DNA from: Neophaeotheca triangularis
Taxonomy: Eukaryota
Reading direction: 5' to 3'
Length of the DNA: 64,000 nucleotides
Assembly (NCBI GenBank): GCA_054600435.1
Contig: BAAIJX010000046.1
Span: 62,001-126,000 of the forward strand
In this document: positions 11,575 to 24,423 of the stretch, piece after piece
Position numbering within the stretch: position 1 is the stretch's first letter
Layout of the letters: the number at the start of each line of letters is the position of its first letter
Notes under the pieces: model-generated
What the model was told of the DNA's origin: nothing
The model's input: the letters and a program-made list of their open reading frames with translations, nothing else
The model's database searches: none
Made by a program: the position numbers and the translations under genes

Positions 11575-11804
11575 GCTCTCAAATTGCTACCTAGGGAACG
11601 CAGGAAATATATCTGAGGGAGAAATGTAAAATTCGACTGCTGAACATGGTACCAATAACGAAAGTAAAGGATATACAAATGTCCAGCTCTGAGAATGAGA
11701 ACAAGCCAAAGTTGTGAGCCATGCCTATACCTACCTGATGGGTACTGATCCGGCAGGCGATCAACACATGACGTGGGTTAGCGAATGCCTACCTGGGTAC
11801 CCAT

Positions 11805-11836
11805 GGTAGGTAGGTAGGTAGGTAGGTAGGTAGGTA
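11805..11836. repeat. (GGTA)8 microsatellite
   Basis: Eight consecutive GGTA units read directly, in the divergent intergenic region between the PLC-like and SUR7-like genes. Confidence 0.95.
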
Positions 11837-12790
11837 ACGTTAGGTACCTAGTGTTGATATGAGCCGGTAACTTCCTCGAACGATGGACCGAGTAGTACTG
11901 CCGTAGAGGCGTGGAGGCTCGGTGGACGGTAGGTAGATGAAAAGGGCAGTCGTGGTGCTTACGAGGTCACGTCGGGAGTGGGCGGAAGGGGACCGAGTCA
12001 AGTCGATCGGAGTATCGTCAAGCCGGCCGGGGGTTTGAGAAGTCTAGAACACGTTGATGAGTGTATTCTTATTTGGATTATTGTTGTTATCATGTCTATG
12101 TAGAAAAGGATGACGTGTCGCATGTTAGCTAATGTCAACAACCCGGAAAACATTCGCATCTAGCCATGGACGAGGCTGAAAGGGACGGGAAGAAATAATA
12201 ATATTATTTATTAATGGAAGGAAGGAGTGATGCAGAGATCGATTCTTTACAGTTTCACGCTACTACCCTTCCATCCCTAGCGTGGCACATGCCGGCGTCG
12301 ATCGTGGCTTTGCGCTGACGTTTTGTCGATGATGAGGTGTACCTCAGCGTAGGTCGCCGTCCTCTCCACTAGTAAGGTAACTTAACGTTATTTGTCGTCG
12401 TCCACCGTCCACCGTCCAGCACACGCAACACTACTCCCCGGCTGAGCCTTTGAAAGCCTCTTCCTTGACTAGAAATGATAATGTCGTAGTTAGGTTCCCA
12501 TCCCATTGGCTGACCTCACCGCAGCCTCTGCCTCTGCCGTCGGGTCTCTTTGTCTACTCACCCTCTGTCTCTTCTCCTCTCCCTCTTTCTTCACCCATCT
12601 CGATACCTAGCAGCCTTACCTACAGCAGCCTTACTACTACCATCCACACTCAACAGTTTCTAGAACACTCCTCTCCAGTGGTCATCACCTTCAAGTATCG
12701 CGGTGGGCACATTGTCTGCTCGTACCCTTCTGCTCCAACCCTACCATCAGGCCCACCACTTAACGCCTTGTTGAGCCGCCGTCAGAAGGC

Positions 12791-13848
12791 ATGTTTGGCC
12801 GTAAGAAGAACAGAGACCGGGATACATCGTCACTCTCATCGACCGAAGCACCACCGGCAGCAGCGTCTGGTGCCCGTCACGATTCCGACCGCACTCTCAC
12901 CAATGACCCCTACGTCTATGGCGAACCAACAAAAGCCCAAATAAAGCGGGCCACCAGAAAACGCCTTTGTTGGTCGCTCTTCACCTCCTTCCTCCTCCTC
13001 ATCTCGCTCGTGTTCGTCATCCTGGTGGAAATAGGCAGTACATATAACCAAAGTGTGTTGAGGGATATCTACTTCATCAGGTTGAACCTGTCCGACATCA
13101 TCCCTACATCCGTACCAAACGCGACCCTCATCAACAGTATCGCGCAGACAATAGGACTTCACGACTTCTATACTGTTGGGCTATGGGGATACTGCTCGGG
13201 ATTCGTGGGTCAGGGTTTCACCATGTGCTCTGACCCCAAAACACTTTGGTGGTTCAATCCCGTCGAGATCATTCAGAGTGAGCTGCTAGCTGGCGCGACG
13301 AGTAAGTCCTGATCACACCATGACATTCCAACGTCGCTGATAAGTTTGCAGTTGCTCTCCCAGCCGATGTAACGGATATTCTTGATCTGATCCGCCAGGT
13401 ATCCCATTGGATGTTCGGACTCTTCCTCGCAGGCGCTTGCTTGACGACATTGATGATATTCCTGGTCCCTCTGTCGGTGTACAGTCGCTGGCTGACACTA
13501 CCGATATCAATCTTCACCTTCCTCGCCGCTCTCTTCACCACCGTCGCCACCGTCATCGCCACCGTTATGTTCATCATCATGAAGGATACAGTCACTCAGG
13601 TGGAGCAGCTGAACATCGAGGCAAGCTTGGGCATCGAGATGTTCGTGTTCATGTGGATCGCGAGTGCGACGGCTATCCTGGCATGGCTCATCCAGCTCAG
13701 CCTGTGCTGCTGTTGTGCCAGCAGACGAGATGTCAAGAAGGGTAAGAAGAGGGGAAGCAAGAAGGCTTGGAATGGGGAGATGTCTGAAAAGAAGCAGAGA
13801 TCGGCGGGCAGATTCGGGGGCTTCGGCCGGAACAGGGAGAATGTCTAG
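12791..13848 (+). CDS. SUR7/PalI-family integral membrane protein; exons 12791-13301, 13352-13848
   Basis: TM1, then IGLHDFYTVGLWGYCSG...C (SUR7 signature), three more TM segments and a CCCC + basic tail. Intron GTAAGT...TTTGCAG joins LAGAT-IALPADV. Confidence 0.85.
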
Positions 13849-14423
13849 TTTCGTCGGCTCTTTTACATTGCATATAAGGTCTTTGGGAGCGGGTCGCATG
13901 GCGTTTGATCGGCATTGTGAGCGTTGTTGCGGTTGGGTCTTTAGATGACGCTGTCACGAGATACTCACGATTCTGGTTGGCGCAGCTGAGGAAGTGTAGA
14001 AATTGTACATACAGTATTGTCAATCTGGGTCCAGAACGCTTAAACCGCAATGTTATTATTGGCAAAGGGGCAGCGGTCATTCTCCAATGCCGATATGTCA
14101 CCGACTAAAGCCTCCCCTCTGGCGTACCCAGGTAGATCAGATGCGGTCAAAGCATCTTCACTCGACGTCAGCCCAATCTGGGCTGGAAAGCCCAATCCGG
14201 AAGGCACGCTAGGCGCGTCAGAGCTTCGTCACATCTCGAGTTGCAACCCCCCGGGCCGTCAAGTACCTTCACAAACGCACACAAATGCATCTCTACGTTT
14301 CAAAGGTACCTACCTAGGTAGTGACAACAATATCCTCTTAGGTCAGCACGATTGCTCTCGCGCATCCCGACCATCCAACCACCGCATGCACACTCGCGCT
14401 CTAATGTCACCACGTGCCCCGAG

Positions 14424-17376
14424 ATGACCACTCCCCATTGGGCCTCCAAAGTCACCCCGGCCCAGCTCTCATTCCTCGCCATCTACAACCCTTCTCTTGG
14501 TCCGACCGACGAGACCTTCCGCGATCAGGTCGTCTTCTACTACTCTCGGATTGCCAACGAGGCGCGGATCGCGACCAAAAGGGGGGAGCGCAATGGAGTT
14601 GCTAGCGAGGCCAGCATCAGGGAAGAGGAGAATGAGAAATTGAGACAGATAGGTCTGGCGCAGGGCATGGTAGACTTTGCAAGGTATGCGGACGATTCCA
14701 ATGTGCAAAGGCCTCTGGGTATATGGTGCAGGTGCGGGCGCTAACATAGGCGCAGGAGCTTCTCGGATGATGAACCAGTGGATTCAGTCGAGACGGAAAA
14801 GTCGCGCATCGTGATGCATGAGCTGGAGAAAGGTTGGTGGATTCTGGCGGTAGGTCTTGGAGGCTTCGGACACAGGGATTGAACTGACGAAATGCTAGTC
14901 TATTGATCTCACGCGGTTACCAGCGACCAGTACTACGAAGGGCAGCTCTCCCAAAGGATCAGAAACACCGGGTGCAGGACCCGAAGTTGAATACTCGTCT
15001 CGCGAAGTGAGTCCACCTGCTCTGTTGTTGCAGCAGCTTCTACAGGCGCATCATGTGTTTCTGCTGCATCAAGGCCCGTCACTGAGCGATCTTTACGTAC
15101 GTCTACCGCGAGACAAGTTCTGTGGTACGCTCGAGCGCTTCTGGACTCGGTTCGCTCGATCCTGGGATGTCTTGTTGCATGGAAACCCGGCTGTCGATGT
15201 TTTCTCCGGCTTGAAACTATCGAGTGGAGGTGAATTGGGGTTTGGAGTAGGCGAAGAGGAATGGGGCAGCGGAGAGAGAGATGTGCTGGAAGATCTCGTT
15301 CGCCGCACGCATGGTATGGTAGATCTAGTCGTGTCGAGATTCGGGGAGCCCGCACCAGCGAGGGAGTCGCTGGAGTCCCACTTTGACAATCAAGAGGCTC
15401 TGCCATGGCTAGGTGCCGGCAATGAGCCTCTTGCTTCTGACGGTGTCATCTTCGGAGGTGTTGGGGCCCTCTCGCGGTCGTCTCTTCGCAGCGTATCGCT
15501 GTGGACGAGGCAAATCTACAAGTATGGCGAGTATGCCCACGGAGTCAAGGACAACCCCAACCGAGAGCGGAGAAAGCGACGCAAGCGCAATCCACCAGAG
15601 CCGCCAAAAGAACAGAATGTCGATGACACGGATCCCCGCCGGCTTCGACAGAGGGTGCAGAACCACGAGACAGCAATGCGAGCAGACCCTTTGCCGAACA
15701 GCGAGCTCCCCAAAGACAACAGACCGCAGATGCACGATCGAGTGGCTTCACAGGACTACGCGGCCGGCGGTTCGGATTCTCGACCTGCCGCTAAGCCCAG
15801 CATACCACCGCCCATAGTATCGTCCATGGAGCAATCGTCCAACCGGGATGTCACAGATGCTGGTGAGGAGTCTGCATCCCACGCAGATACTACACCTGAT
15901 GCCTCAGGCGGAACAACCTTGGGCATTCCAGATCAGTATATGAAGTACCTGACCTTCGGATTGAGCTCTTTTGCTCAAAAGTCATCTCCCGGAGCGAGAC
16001 CGAGCGGACCGAGACGAACATCTACATCAAGCTCCAGGACTCTGAGGCCCACGAATAGTGAGGGTAGCAATAAAACTATCAAAAAGGGTGGGAACGCCAA
16101 CAACGATGGTTTGCCTGTACGGCTTACAGAGATTGATCCCATTCCGGATGGGGAGGCCTTGAAGGCAAAGATAGCAATGCAGAAGCGCCAGGAGAACAAA
16201 GGACACTTCGTCATTGGGCTCAAAGGAGACCTGGATCAAGTCCATGAGGAAGAGGATGCCAATTTGACTGAGGGCAGTCTGGCCGGCGATGACAGTGGCC
16301 ATCGCACGGTTCTGCGAACGTTGCAGGTCGAATTAGAGCCCTTGGCTAAAGCCACAGGGGAGGAAGAGGAGAATCCGGAAAGCTTCCTCGCACGCACAAG
16401 AAGCGATGACAACAAAAATTCAAGGACAGGGGCCGATAAGAGGGTCCAGCGATTGCGCGTTCTGGTATATGTGCATCGACCTTTCATCTACTGCCTACTT
16501 TTCGAACAGAGAGCACCCAGCCTAAGCTTGTCTGGATTCTACAGGGACTTGCATCGGAACCTCGTACCGATTCACAAACCGCTTGTCTCAAGTACCAGCG
16601 TGGCAAAGGTGGCGCAACGCATAGCAGCCTCGCAGGAGACGCCTTTAGAAGATACCTCTAGCATGCGATCAGCCTCTACTGCGCCCCCGCCAAAGACACC
16701 CATCCACGAGCTCTTATATGACCCCAGGACGCTCACAGTCCACACCAGCGTGCCCAACATCCCCGAACCAGGCACCCCCGCCGCCGAAGGCATCGCAACG
16801 ACCAGCAGCGGCAAGATGGAACCCCCACCCTGGACACGCATCGACGCCATGAACGTGCATTTGCAGATACTCAACACCCTGACAAGCACACAACGCTCGA
16901 AACGCGACACGGAGCGCATGAGCAAGACGAGCAGAGGTTGGTGGGTCGTCTGGATGCGCTTGCCGCCTTCAGGCGAAAGCACGTCAGAAACCGAGAATGC
17001 GGACGAGGAAGACGACAGCGACGCCAACACCTCGGTCGCGCCGCTGAATCGCCCAAGCAGTAACCTCTCCGGCACGGATACCCCGCTCCAACAACAGCAC
17101 GTTCAGCACTCGCGCTGGGAGACAAAAGTGGAAATGTCCCGCATTGCCTTTCTCGTCCGCAAGTCCAGCGAGGCCGAGACCGCCGCGAAGCCTTCTGGTG
17201 GCAGTCGAAGGGGGCTCGCGAGTGGTATGTTCGGGTCACTGTCTTTGCGGTCCAGTGCCAGCACTGAGGAGCAGACTGGAGGCGCGAGTGCGGGCTGGGG
17301 ACCTGGGGCGCTTGCTGGAGGAATTGGCATTGATGCTAGGAAGTATGTTGAGGGTTTGCTAAGTTTGAATCGCTGA
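14424..17376 (+). CDS. ccz1: Vacuolar fusion protein Ccz1 (Mon1-Ccz1 Rab7 GEF subunit); exons 14424-14683, 14756-14849, 14899-17376
   Basis: PAQLSFLAIYNPSLGPTDE, NEKLRQIGLAQGMVDFARSFS, HELEKGWWILASIDLTRL, GELGFGVGEEEWGSGERDVLE, KTSRGWWVVWMRL and C-terminal GIGIDARKYVEGLLSLNR. Both introns are canonical and frame-restoring. Confidence 0.85.
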
Positions 17377-20293
17377 GGCTGTGGGAGCAGAAATAGTATG
17401 CTCGAGTAGGTGTACAGTACAGTACTATGGTCTATACTCTATCATCCGTCGCGCATCTTAAAGATCGAATGTTGGAGGATGCCTCATGTCGAGGACCGCG
17501 GCAATGCTCGACCAGCGTGTGGTTGTGCACCTTCACAGCTCAAAGACTTGCCACACGAAAAGACTCACGAACAAGGTGGGAGCCATCGATGGAGCTGAGC
17601 ACCACGCGGGCAAGCCTAGCAGTGAAGGCTGTATCGTGACGAGGCGTTTGCCCCATTGATGCGAAGTCCGTAGCCTCACAAGCACCGCACCGCCTTAGAG
17701 AAAGGAGTCCCGCCGGCCTATCCGTCAAGTGTCTTTCATCGTCTGCGCATGATGGGTATCGCTTAAGACATTGCTTTTCGCCCATACGGCATTATCGAGG
17801 ATGCCGGAAGCACGTGATCCAGCTTTGGGGCTCGAGCCCCCGCTTTTGTCTACTCAATTCAGCTATTCATGATCAACGAGTAAAGAGAGCTTTAAAGCGA
17901 TAGTATAGCCCACCAGTACAGAGCTGTGGGTGAGACGGCTACTCCATGATGACTGTCCCCTTTCTAGCCATTTGCACTGCCTGCATACCTGGACGTTTGC
18001 TTCATTGGGTCTTGCCAGCCCTCTCAAAGGTGCTTGGCAGTGGTGGAATTAACTGTCTTGCTCTTGGGCACCTCTCGTGATGCTTTCCAAGGCTACTTCC
18101 ACATGTTGTTACACTTACCCCTAGAGCGACATCGTGAGCTTCAGCTGTAATGCTGTCTCACTAGATGACGGCAATTCGATAAAGACCATCACAGAGTTAG
18201 AGGCGTCGGTGCGAAGGCCGCATATGCGTATACATCTCATTTTATTAACGTCACTTACGCGCTTTGCCTACAACGGCCATGGGACGCTGGCTACGCTGTC
18301 TGAGACAACGTTTCCAACGGCTATCCCCAAATTCCAACATTTCGCGGTGTTACGCAAAGAGATCGAACAGGGCCTAGCCAAGAGCCCGAGCGGTTGGCAA
18401 ATTTTCCTATTTCCTAGACTGTGGAAACTGCAACACGACGTGTCGGAGTCCTTTACTACGGCTAGTGTATAGGCGCAGTACTTGGTGATCCCAGCAGACG
18501 TATGACCGCCTTGGCTTGGAGTAGGCAGTCAAGACTATGGGAGAAAAGGAGCAGGCAGTCGATAGCTGTTTAGGTATACGGCGGCCACGCAGATACCGCT
18601 CGTTAAAGTGCCTGTCGTCGCCAGTGATGATAACGTCAACGGCTGTCAAAGAGGACAAGGTAGGTAGCCACCCATGGGACAGCGTCGTTGTGGTGAATAC
18701 TCCTCCATCTTTGCTGATGTCGCTGGTACGACAGCGACTTGTTGAAAGGTCCCGTCCATTGTTCTCCTGAGCTCGACCCCGGGAGGCTTCATCCAGCCTC
18801 TAGCCTCCAATACTTCGGGTGAGGCAGTGCTTGGGCTAACGAAGATCTACCTCAACACTCGTTTGCCGAGGCTGCCTAACGCAGGCACCGTAGATCGTCA
18901 ATATATCATGATGGCCGAGCTAGAAGTTCGTATTCATTATACTGGACAATAATGAACTTCTGCGGATTTTTAATGAGAGTGTAAAGAAGAATGGCTGACG
19001 ACAGTCTTCAGGCTACGGAGACGGGTCCGGGCTTGTCAAAGCGTGGGCCGGTGCGTGTCTGACCGTTGCACGCTGGACGCTGGACAGTGGACAGGGCAGA
19101 AGTGACCGCCGATCTTCATCTTTGTGGAAGTCCACTGGATGCATCTTCTTGGTAGAATTACCCCCTTTTGAGCGACTTCAGACAGCTTGCGAATCCCTTG
19201 TAGGAGGCAGGAGGCTGAAGAGTTGGTAGCGATTCCCCATCAAGGAGAGAAGCTTCACGTCGGCGCAGAGTTTCCCAGCTCCCATGCTCCTGGCGTCGAC
19301 GGATCTTGGGCCGTTGAACCTTGTATGATACCGTATAAGGTACCTCCTATGTAACACAAGTGCAGCCAGGGGATGTTATTAGGCTGTTGGCACAATACCA
19401 TTTCATCGATCTGTGATTATTATTGCTTCTTGTCGTAGCGCACTCACCCTCTTTCCGGCAAGTACCTCGCGAACGCTCCAGGGCTGAAGCTTTCACGCGC
19501 AAGGACCTCTATCTAGGCTCTTGGGGCATGACAATACTTTCGTAGCGAGCACATGCCGTCGGACACTGGTGTGAAATAACCAGACGGCTTGCCAACGACT
19601 GTCCAGAAGCAGAAACACCAGCCAAGGTACCCTATCTTCCTAGACCTGGGCAAGATCAAAGAAGCTACCTACCCAACGTAGGTACCGTAGTATGTGATGC
19701 TACTTCCTCCTCCCTCCATGCAACCCGTCATGGGTTTCTTGCGCGGCCACTTCCCTTTCCCCTACCCACCTACCTACCTACCTCTCATATCTAGCTATCC
19801 GGGCAAGTGCTGTTCATCCTACTATGTTGCAGACTTACTGCTGCATGTAAGGGGAGCGCCGAGGAATACCTTGCAAGTACTACTAAGTATTCCTCTGCTG
19901 GTTGGTGTTGGACGCTGGTAAGAGCTTGGAACGGGACCCTTGCTTTGAGACGCTGCTCGACAATTAAACCTCGCTTCACCTCACCTCAGCCGCCCTACTT
20001 CGACCTGGGGCACTCGACTCACCTCGACGCATACCTCGTCTTCCACCTCGTCCTCGCCCCCAGGCAATCATCCGTCATACTCCAAGTCTATCACGAAGAG
20101 CACAATCGCTCGCGTGCTTTTTGACCGCATGCTTGAACGTATAACACCAGGTCTACCATCAAGGCAAGTCTAACTGCTAGCATTCCTCAAGCGGGCTACG
20201 AAGCTATACATTCCTCCCCCAACAACGCAGGCCGACAAGCTGACTGTGCCAATAGCCACGCACTTCTCCATATCCCATGGACGTCTGATCTGC

Positions 20294-23200
20294 ATGACCC
20301 CCCAACGGCCGAAAACCTCAGAGCCACCAGGGCCCAATCCCATGTCGGTCGACATGATGTGGGCCAACAACAGCCATCAGCAAAAACCCACGGCTCAGTT
20401 GTATGAATTGGATGCCGAGACGTCGCAAGTCTCGCGCATACCGAACAAAGGACATGCGACACCCTCTATCCAAACGCAGTTCAAAGTCGCGCCTCAGCAG
20501 CCACAGATGACACCTCCAGTGACTCCCGTCAGCGCCTCCAGTGACTCCGAGACCAGACCATCCGACGAGCAACTCTTCCCCAATTATCTCCGAGCGTTCC
20601 ATCCCTTCGACCCGAGCGCCAGTCTCTCCGAAGACGACTCGGCTTCAATCACGATCCGCCTTCGGCAGGGTGACTTGATACTAGTGCATTCGGTGCATGC
20701 CAATGGATGGGCAGACGGCACGGTACTTGCTACCGGCAGCAGAGGGTGGTTTCCAACGAATTACTGCGAAGCCTACGACCATCCATACGTGCGAAACTTG
20801 CTCTCTGCCATGACACAACTGTGGCATCTCCTAGGCGACAGCGAGAATGGCAGCCTATCAGCCTTTGTCCGACAGGATTACATTCGAGGCCTCATCGCAG
20901 GCGTGCGTTTTCTGCTCGAGCGGACAGACTGCCTTCACCGGAATTCCGCGTGGGTGCAACAGCTTGTGGGAGTTCGCCGGCTAAGGAAAGGGCTGCTTGC
21001 CGACCTTTCAGCAGTGGTACAGATGTCCAAGCGGCTGCAAGAGACGATAGGCGAGCCATTCGCTGGAGAGGTCGTACATGTGCTGTTGGATGAGTTGATT
21101 GCAAAGACATGCAAAATCGTCACGCGAGGCATTCGCTTCGTGGACGTCTGGACACAGGAGACAAAGGGCAGCCCGAAGCAGAGAAACAATCCTACGACAG
21201 CCAACGAACCGATGACACCCCCAGACGAGAATGTGGCCCCTGTGGCCCATTCCAAAACGTCCAACCGTCGGTCCTCCCCTGTCCATCCGGACTCTGCGAA
21301 ATGCTTCACCAACGACTCGGTGTTCCCATCTCGCAGAGACGGATCTGTAACGCCCAAGTCACCATTCATGGCAAGTGAAGGCGTGCATATTACTCAGCAA
21401 GATATTCCAAAGACAGAGTCGTCCAGCCACCGATTTGCTTTGGGGGGATTACCGGGCTCCATCTGTCATGAAAGCTTGGCGTCGGTGAAGCTCGCTCGAG
21501 CCCATGACGATCTCATTGGACATATGGGTGCATTTCTCGGCCACCACCTCCAGACACGAAGCTTTTCTGAACTGTTGTTGACGACAAATCGCTCCGTGGA
21601 GGCTTGCGAGAACGTCCTGGCCATCATCGAAAAAGTTTACGTCCGTGGCGTCTTCAACATTGAGTTAGTGGAGGCTGTGAAAGTCGACTTTAGGAACAGG
21701 CTAGAAGACCTCAAGGCTCTGGCGGATGAGATCTTAAACCGCCTCGACGCCGCCGCAGATGTTGTGATTGTACTGCCAGAACAGAACAACAAAGTGGTCG
21801 AGGTTGCCACATGCCTCATACGCACAGCTGGACAGTGTGTCGCGAAAACTCATCAATTCATCGAACAGACCGGCGACTTTGAGCTGGAGTATCCCTTGGC
21901 AATGGGCAATGTGGTCTCGAACCCGAGCGACAAGGATGCGCGACCCGGCGCTCCCAGGCGACCCAGGACGTCGGGTACAATGCTGCCGCCGCCTCCGCCT
22001 CTGGTCCCCAAGGATGGAGATGCTGCTATCGAGACACAGGACTTTGCACCTCACCATCATGTGACACAGAAGTCATGCCCAAGCAGTCCAGCCAAATCAA
22101 GCTCGTCGCAATCGGAGAAGGCTTTTTCCCATCCTCTCATCTTCCATGGAAAGCCTACGGTACGCCTCACACGAAGCGCAGACGCTGAGACGTTGGCGCT
22201 GCGAATTTCGACCCACAGCGGCGACTCGACCTTCCCGTCGCGAAAGAGTAGTTTTGGCGTGAATCACAGCAATCTCAGTGATTCTGGGTCCAGCAGACTT
22301 TCCGAAACCTCCACCCTGGCGACTACACCTGAGCAAGCAAAGGCCCCGACCGCACTCGATGAGTCCTATTTGGCCAGCTTCGGTAGCATCTCCAGCATAA
22401 GGTCGGCTGCTACGGACGTGAGCAACGACGCCGAAGCGCAACTTCTACAAAAGTCCTATGCTCACGAGCTCATCATCAACAAAGACGGTCAAGTGACCGG
22501 CGGCTCGCTCCAAGCGCTGGTAGAACAGCTGACTTTGCACGACAACGCGCCATGTCCGCAATTTCTGACGGCCTTCTACTTGACTTTCAGACAGTTCACA
22601 ACGCCACGTGACCTTGCTAGCGCTTTGATTCATCGCTTCGAGTACGTCGGAGACAGTAGGCTTGTCGGCTCGCCCGTGAGACTGCGCATTTACAACTTCT
22701 TCAAAGGCTGGCTGGAGACGTACTGGAGCCCAGAAACGGATCGCGATGCCCTTGGAGACATGAGATACTTCGCGCTGCACAAAATCAAGCCCTTTCTCCC
22801 TTCAGCAGGCGAGCGCCTGTTCGAACTAATGCGAAGGATAACGGCTTCTTACCACACAGGGACACAGACGGGACCGCTGGTATCAGGTGTCGGGAAGACA
22901 AGCATGTCTATTGGCCTGCAGCAGGAAGCACAGGTCGATGGGGCTGCCCCGAACGTTACTAGGGGACAGCTCAACAGCCTACGCATTGCCAATACCGGTG
23001 ACCACAACTGTAGTGTGGTCGACTTCGATCCCTTGGAGCTCGCACGACAGATAACACTGCTCATGTCCAAACTTTTCTGCGACATCTCAGCTGAAGAGAT
23101 GCTCAGTCTGGATTGGAGCAAGACCGGAAGCACCAAAGCAAGGAACATTCGTGGACTTTGCAAGCTCAACACGGATTTGACGCATCTGGTTGGCGACACT

Positions 23201-24004
23201 ATCCTCGCACCCGAATGTGCTAAGAAGCGTGCACTGGTCATCAAGAAATGGGTCAAGATAGCGATGTATTGCCACGACCTCCGCAACTACGACTCTTTGA
23301 TGGCCATAGCTTGTTCACTCAATTCATCAGTTGTGCAGCGCCTGCGACGCACATGGGATTTGGTTTCGAAGAAGACGAAAGCGCGTTTCGACGAGTTAAG
23401 CAGCGTCGTTGACGTTTCAAAGAATCACGCTTCTCTGCGCAAGGTGCTCGAGACTCCCGTCGCGCCTTGCCTACCGTTCCTGGGCATGTATCTTACCGAC
23501 TTGACGTTTGTGGACGCCGGAAATCCCAAGACGCGTACCATCCCTGGCTCGACCGACTCATCTGGGCAAGCTCTGCACGTGATCAATTTTGACAAGTACA
23601 TCCGCACCGCCAAGATCATAGGCCTCCTTCAACGCTTCCAGGTCCCGTACAAGCTCCAAGCAGTACCCGAAATGCAGACATGGATCGAGTCCCACCTCAA
23701 CCGCATGCGCGAAGAGCACAGCGGCATGGTGCCCAAGTTGTACAGGCGAAGCATCGTTGTCGAGCCGAAGATGGAAGCTCCGACGAGGATTTTGACTGGC
23801 GAATCGCGTAGTTTGAGCCGAGTCAGTGTAGACCGACCGAAGACCGCTGGCGAGAAACCCGATACGGTAGTGAAAGACCGTTTCGATTCTTTCTGGAAAG
23901 GGGGCAGCTTCTCGAGCCTGAAGAGCTTGGGGAGGGGCGAGCAGTTGCCACCTTTGCCTTCGGTGGCTGATGAGGTGCTGGTAGAGAAAAAAGATGCCGA
24001 GTGA
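20294..24004 (+). CDS. SH3 + REM + CDC25-type Ras guanine nucleotide exchange factor (Bud5/Cdc25-like); start codon uncertain
   Basis: SH3 (YLRAFHPFDP...QGDLILVHSVHANGWADG...RGWFPTNYC), REM (GGSLQALVEQLT, FYLTFRQFTTP) and RasGEF core (FDPLELARQITL, LRNYDSLMAI, PCLPFLGMYLTDLTFVDAGNP, INFDKY). First in-frame ATG is 20294. Confidence 0.9.
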   Translation: MTPQRPKTSEPPGPNPMSVDMMWANNSHQQKPTAQLYELDAETSQVSRIPNKGHATPSIQTQFKVAPQQPQMTPPVTPVSASSDSETRPSDEQLFPNYLRAFHPFDPSASLSEDDSASITIRLRQGDLILVHSVHANGWADGTVLATGSRGWFPTNYCEAYDHPYVRNLLSAMTQLWHLLGDSENGSLSAFVRQDYIRGLIAGVRFLLERTDCLHRNSAWVQQLVGVRRLRKGLLADLSAVVQMSKRLQETIGEPFAGEVVHVLLDELIAKTCKIVTRGIRFVDVWTQETKGSPKQRNNPTTANEPMTPPDENVAPVAHSKTSNRRSSPVHPDSAKCFTNDSVFPSRRDGSVTPKSPFMASEGVHITQQDIPKTESSSHRFALGGLPGSICHESLASVKLARAHDDLIGHMGAFLGHHLQTRSFSELLLTTNRSVEACENVLAIIEKVYVRGVFNIELVEAVKVDFRNRLEDLKALADEILNRLDAAADVVIVLPEQNNKVVEVATCLIRTAGQCVAKTHQFIEQTGDFELEYPLAMGNVVSNPSDKDARPGAPRRPRTSGTMLPPPPPLVPKDGDAAIETQDFAPHHHVTQKSCPSSPAKSSSSQSEKAFSHPLIFHGKPTVRLTRSADAETLALRISTHSGDSTFPSRKSSFGVNHSNLSDSGSSRLSETSTLATTPEQAKAPTALDESYLASFGSISSIRSAATDVSNDAEAQLLQKSYAHELIINKDGQVTGGSLQALVEQLTLHDNAPCPQFLTAFYLTFRQFTTPRDLASALIHRFEYVGDSRLVGSPVRLRIYNFFKGWLETYWSPETDRDALGDMRYFALHKIKPFLPSAGERLFELMRRITASYHTGTQTGPLVSGVGKTSMSIGLQQEAQVDGAAPNVTRGQLNSLRIANTGDHNCSVVDFDPLELARQITLLMSKLFCDISAEEMLSLDWSKTGSTKARNIRGLCKLNTDLTHLVGDTILAPECAKKRALVIKKWVKIAMYCHDLRNYDSLMAIACSLNSSVVQRLRRTWDLVSKKTKARFDELSSVVDVSKNHASLRKVLETPVAPCLPFLGMYLTDLTFVDAGNPKTRTIPGSTDSSGQALHVINFDKYIRTAKIIGLLQRFQVPYKLQAVPEMQTWIESHLNRMREEHSGMVPKLYRRSIVVEPKMEAPTRILTGESRSLSRVSVDRPKTAGEKPDTVVKDRFDSFWKGGSFSSLKSLGRGEQLPPLPSVADEVLVEKKDAE

Positions 24005-24423
24005 GGGCGTCAACAGCGGGGGGGGAGATCCTGGAGGCCACTTTTGATGGACGTCCCTGTTTCCGATGATGTTATGAGATACCCCACACCGCGCGCATTT
24101 GCGCTCTTTCGACAAGACGCGAGGAGTCTTGCTGCGTTAAGAGATTATATATACAATAATAGATGATTGACTTTGACCAGAGTCGTATCCAGTGAATGGC
24201 GTGTCAGAGTGTGAATTGTTGGCGTCAGATGGGCCCAAGGTGGCTGTGGTGGCGCTGCATGACGGAGAAGGTGGAAAACTTGGGCGATGGAAGCAGGTTT
24301 TGGGTGTTGCCTTGAATGCAGCAGTCCGCTTTCTGGACATCTGTTGGTTGCGTCGAGTCCCATAGCATTTTGCATGAATACCACCACCGAGACGGGTACT
24401 ACATACTGTACACCTAAAAAAGC

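Noticed and set aside
18624..18772. GTGATGA ... CTGA as a C/D box snoRNA
   Set aside because: No terminal stem or recognisable rRNA guide seen; such short boxes occur by chance.
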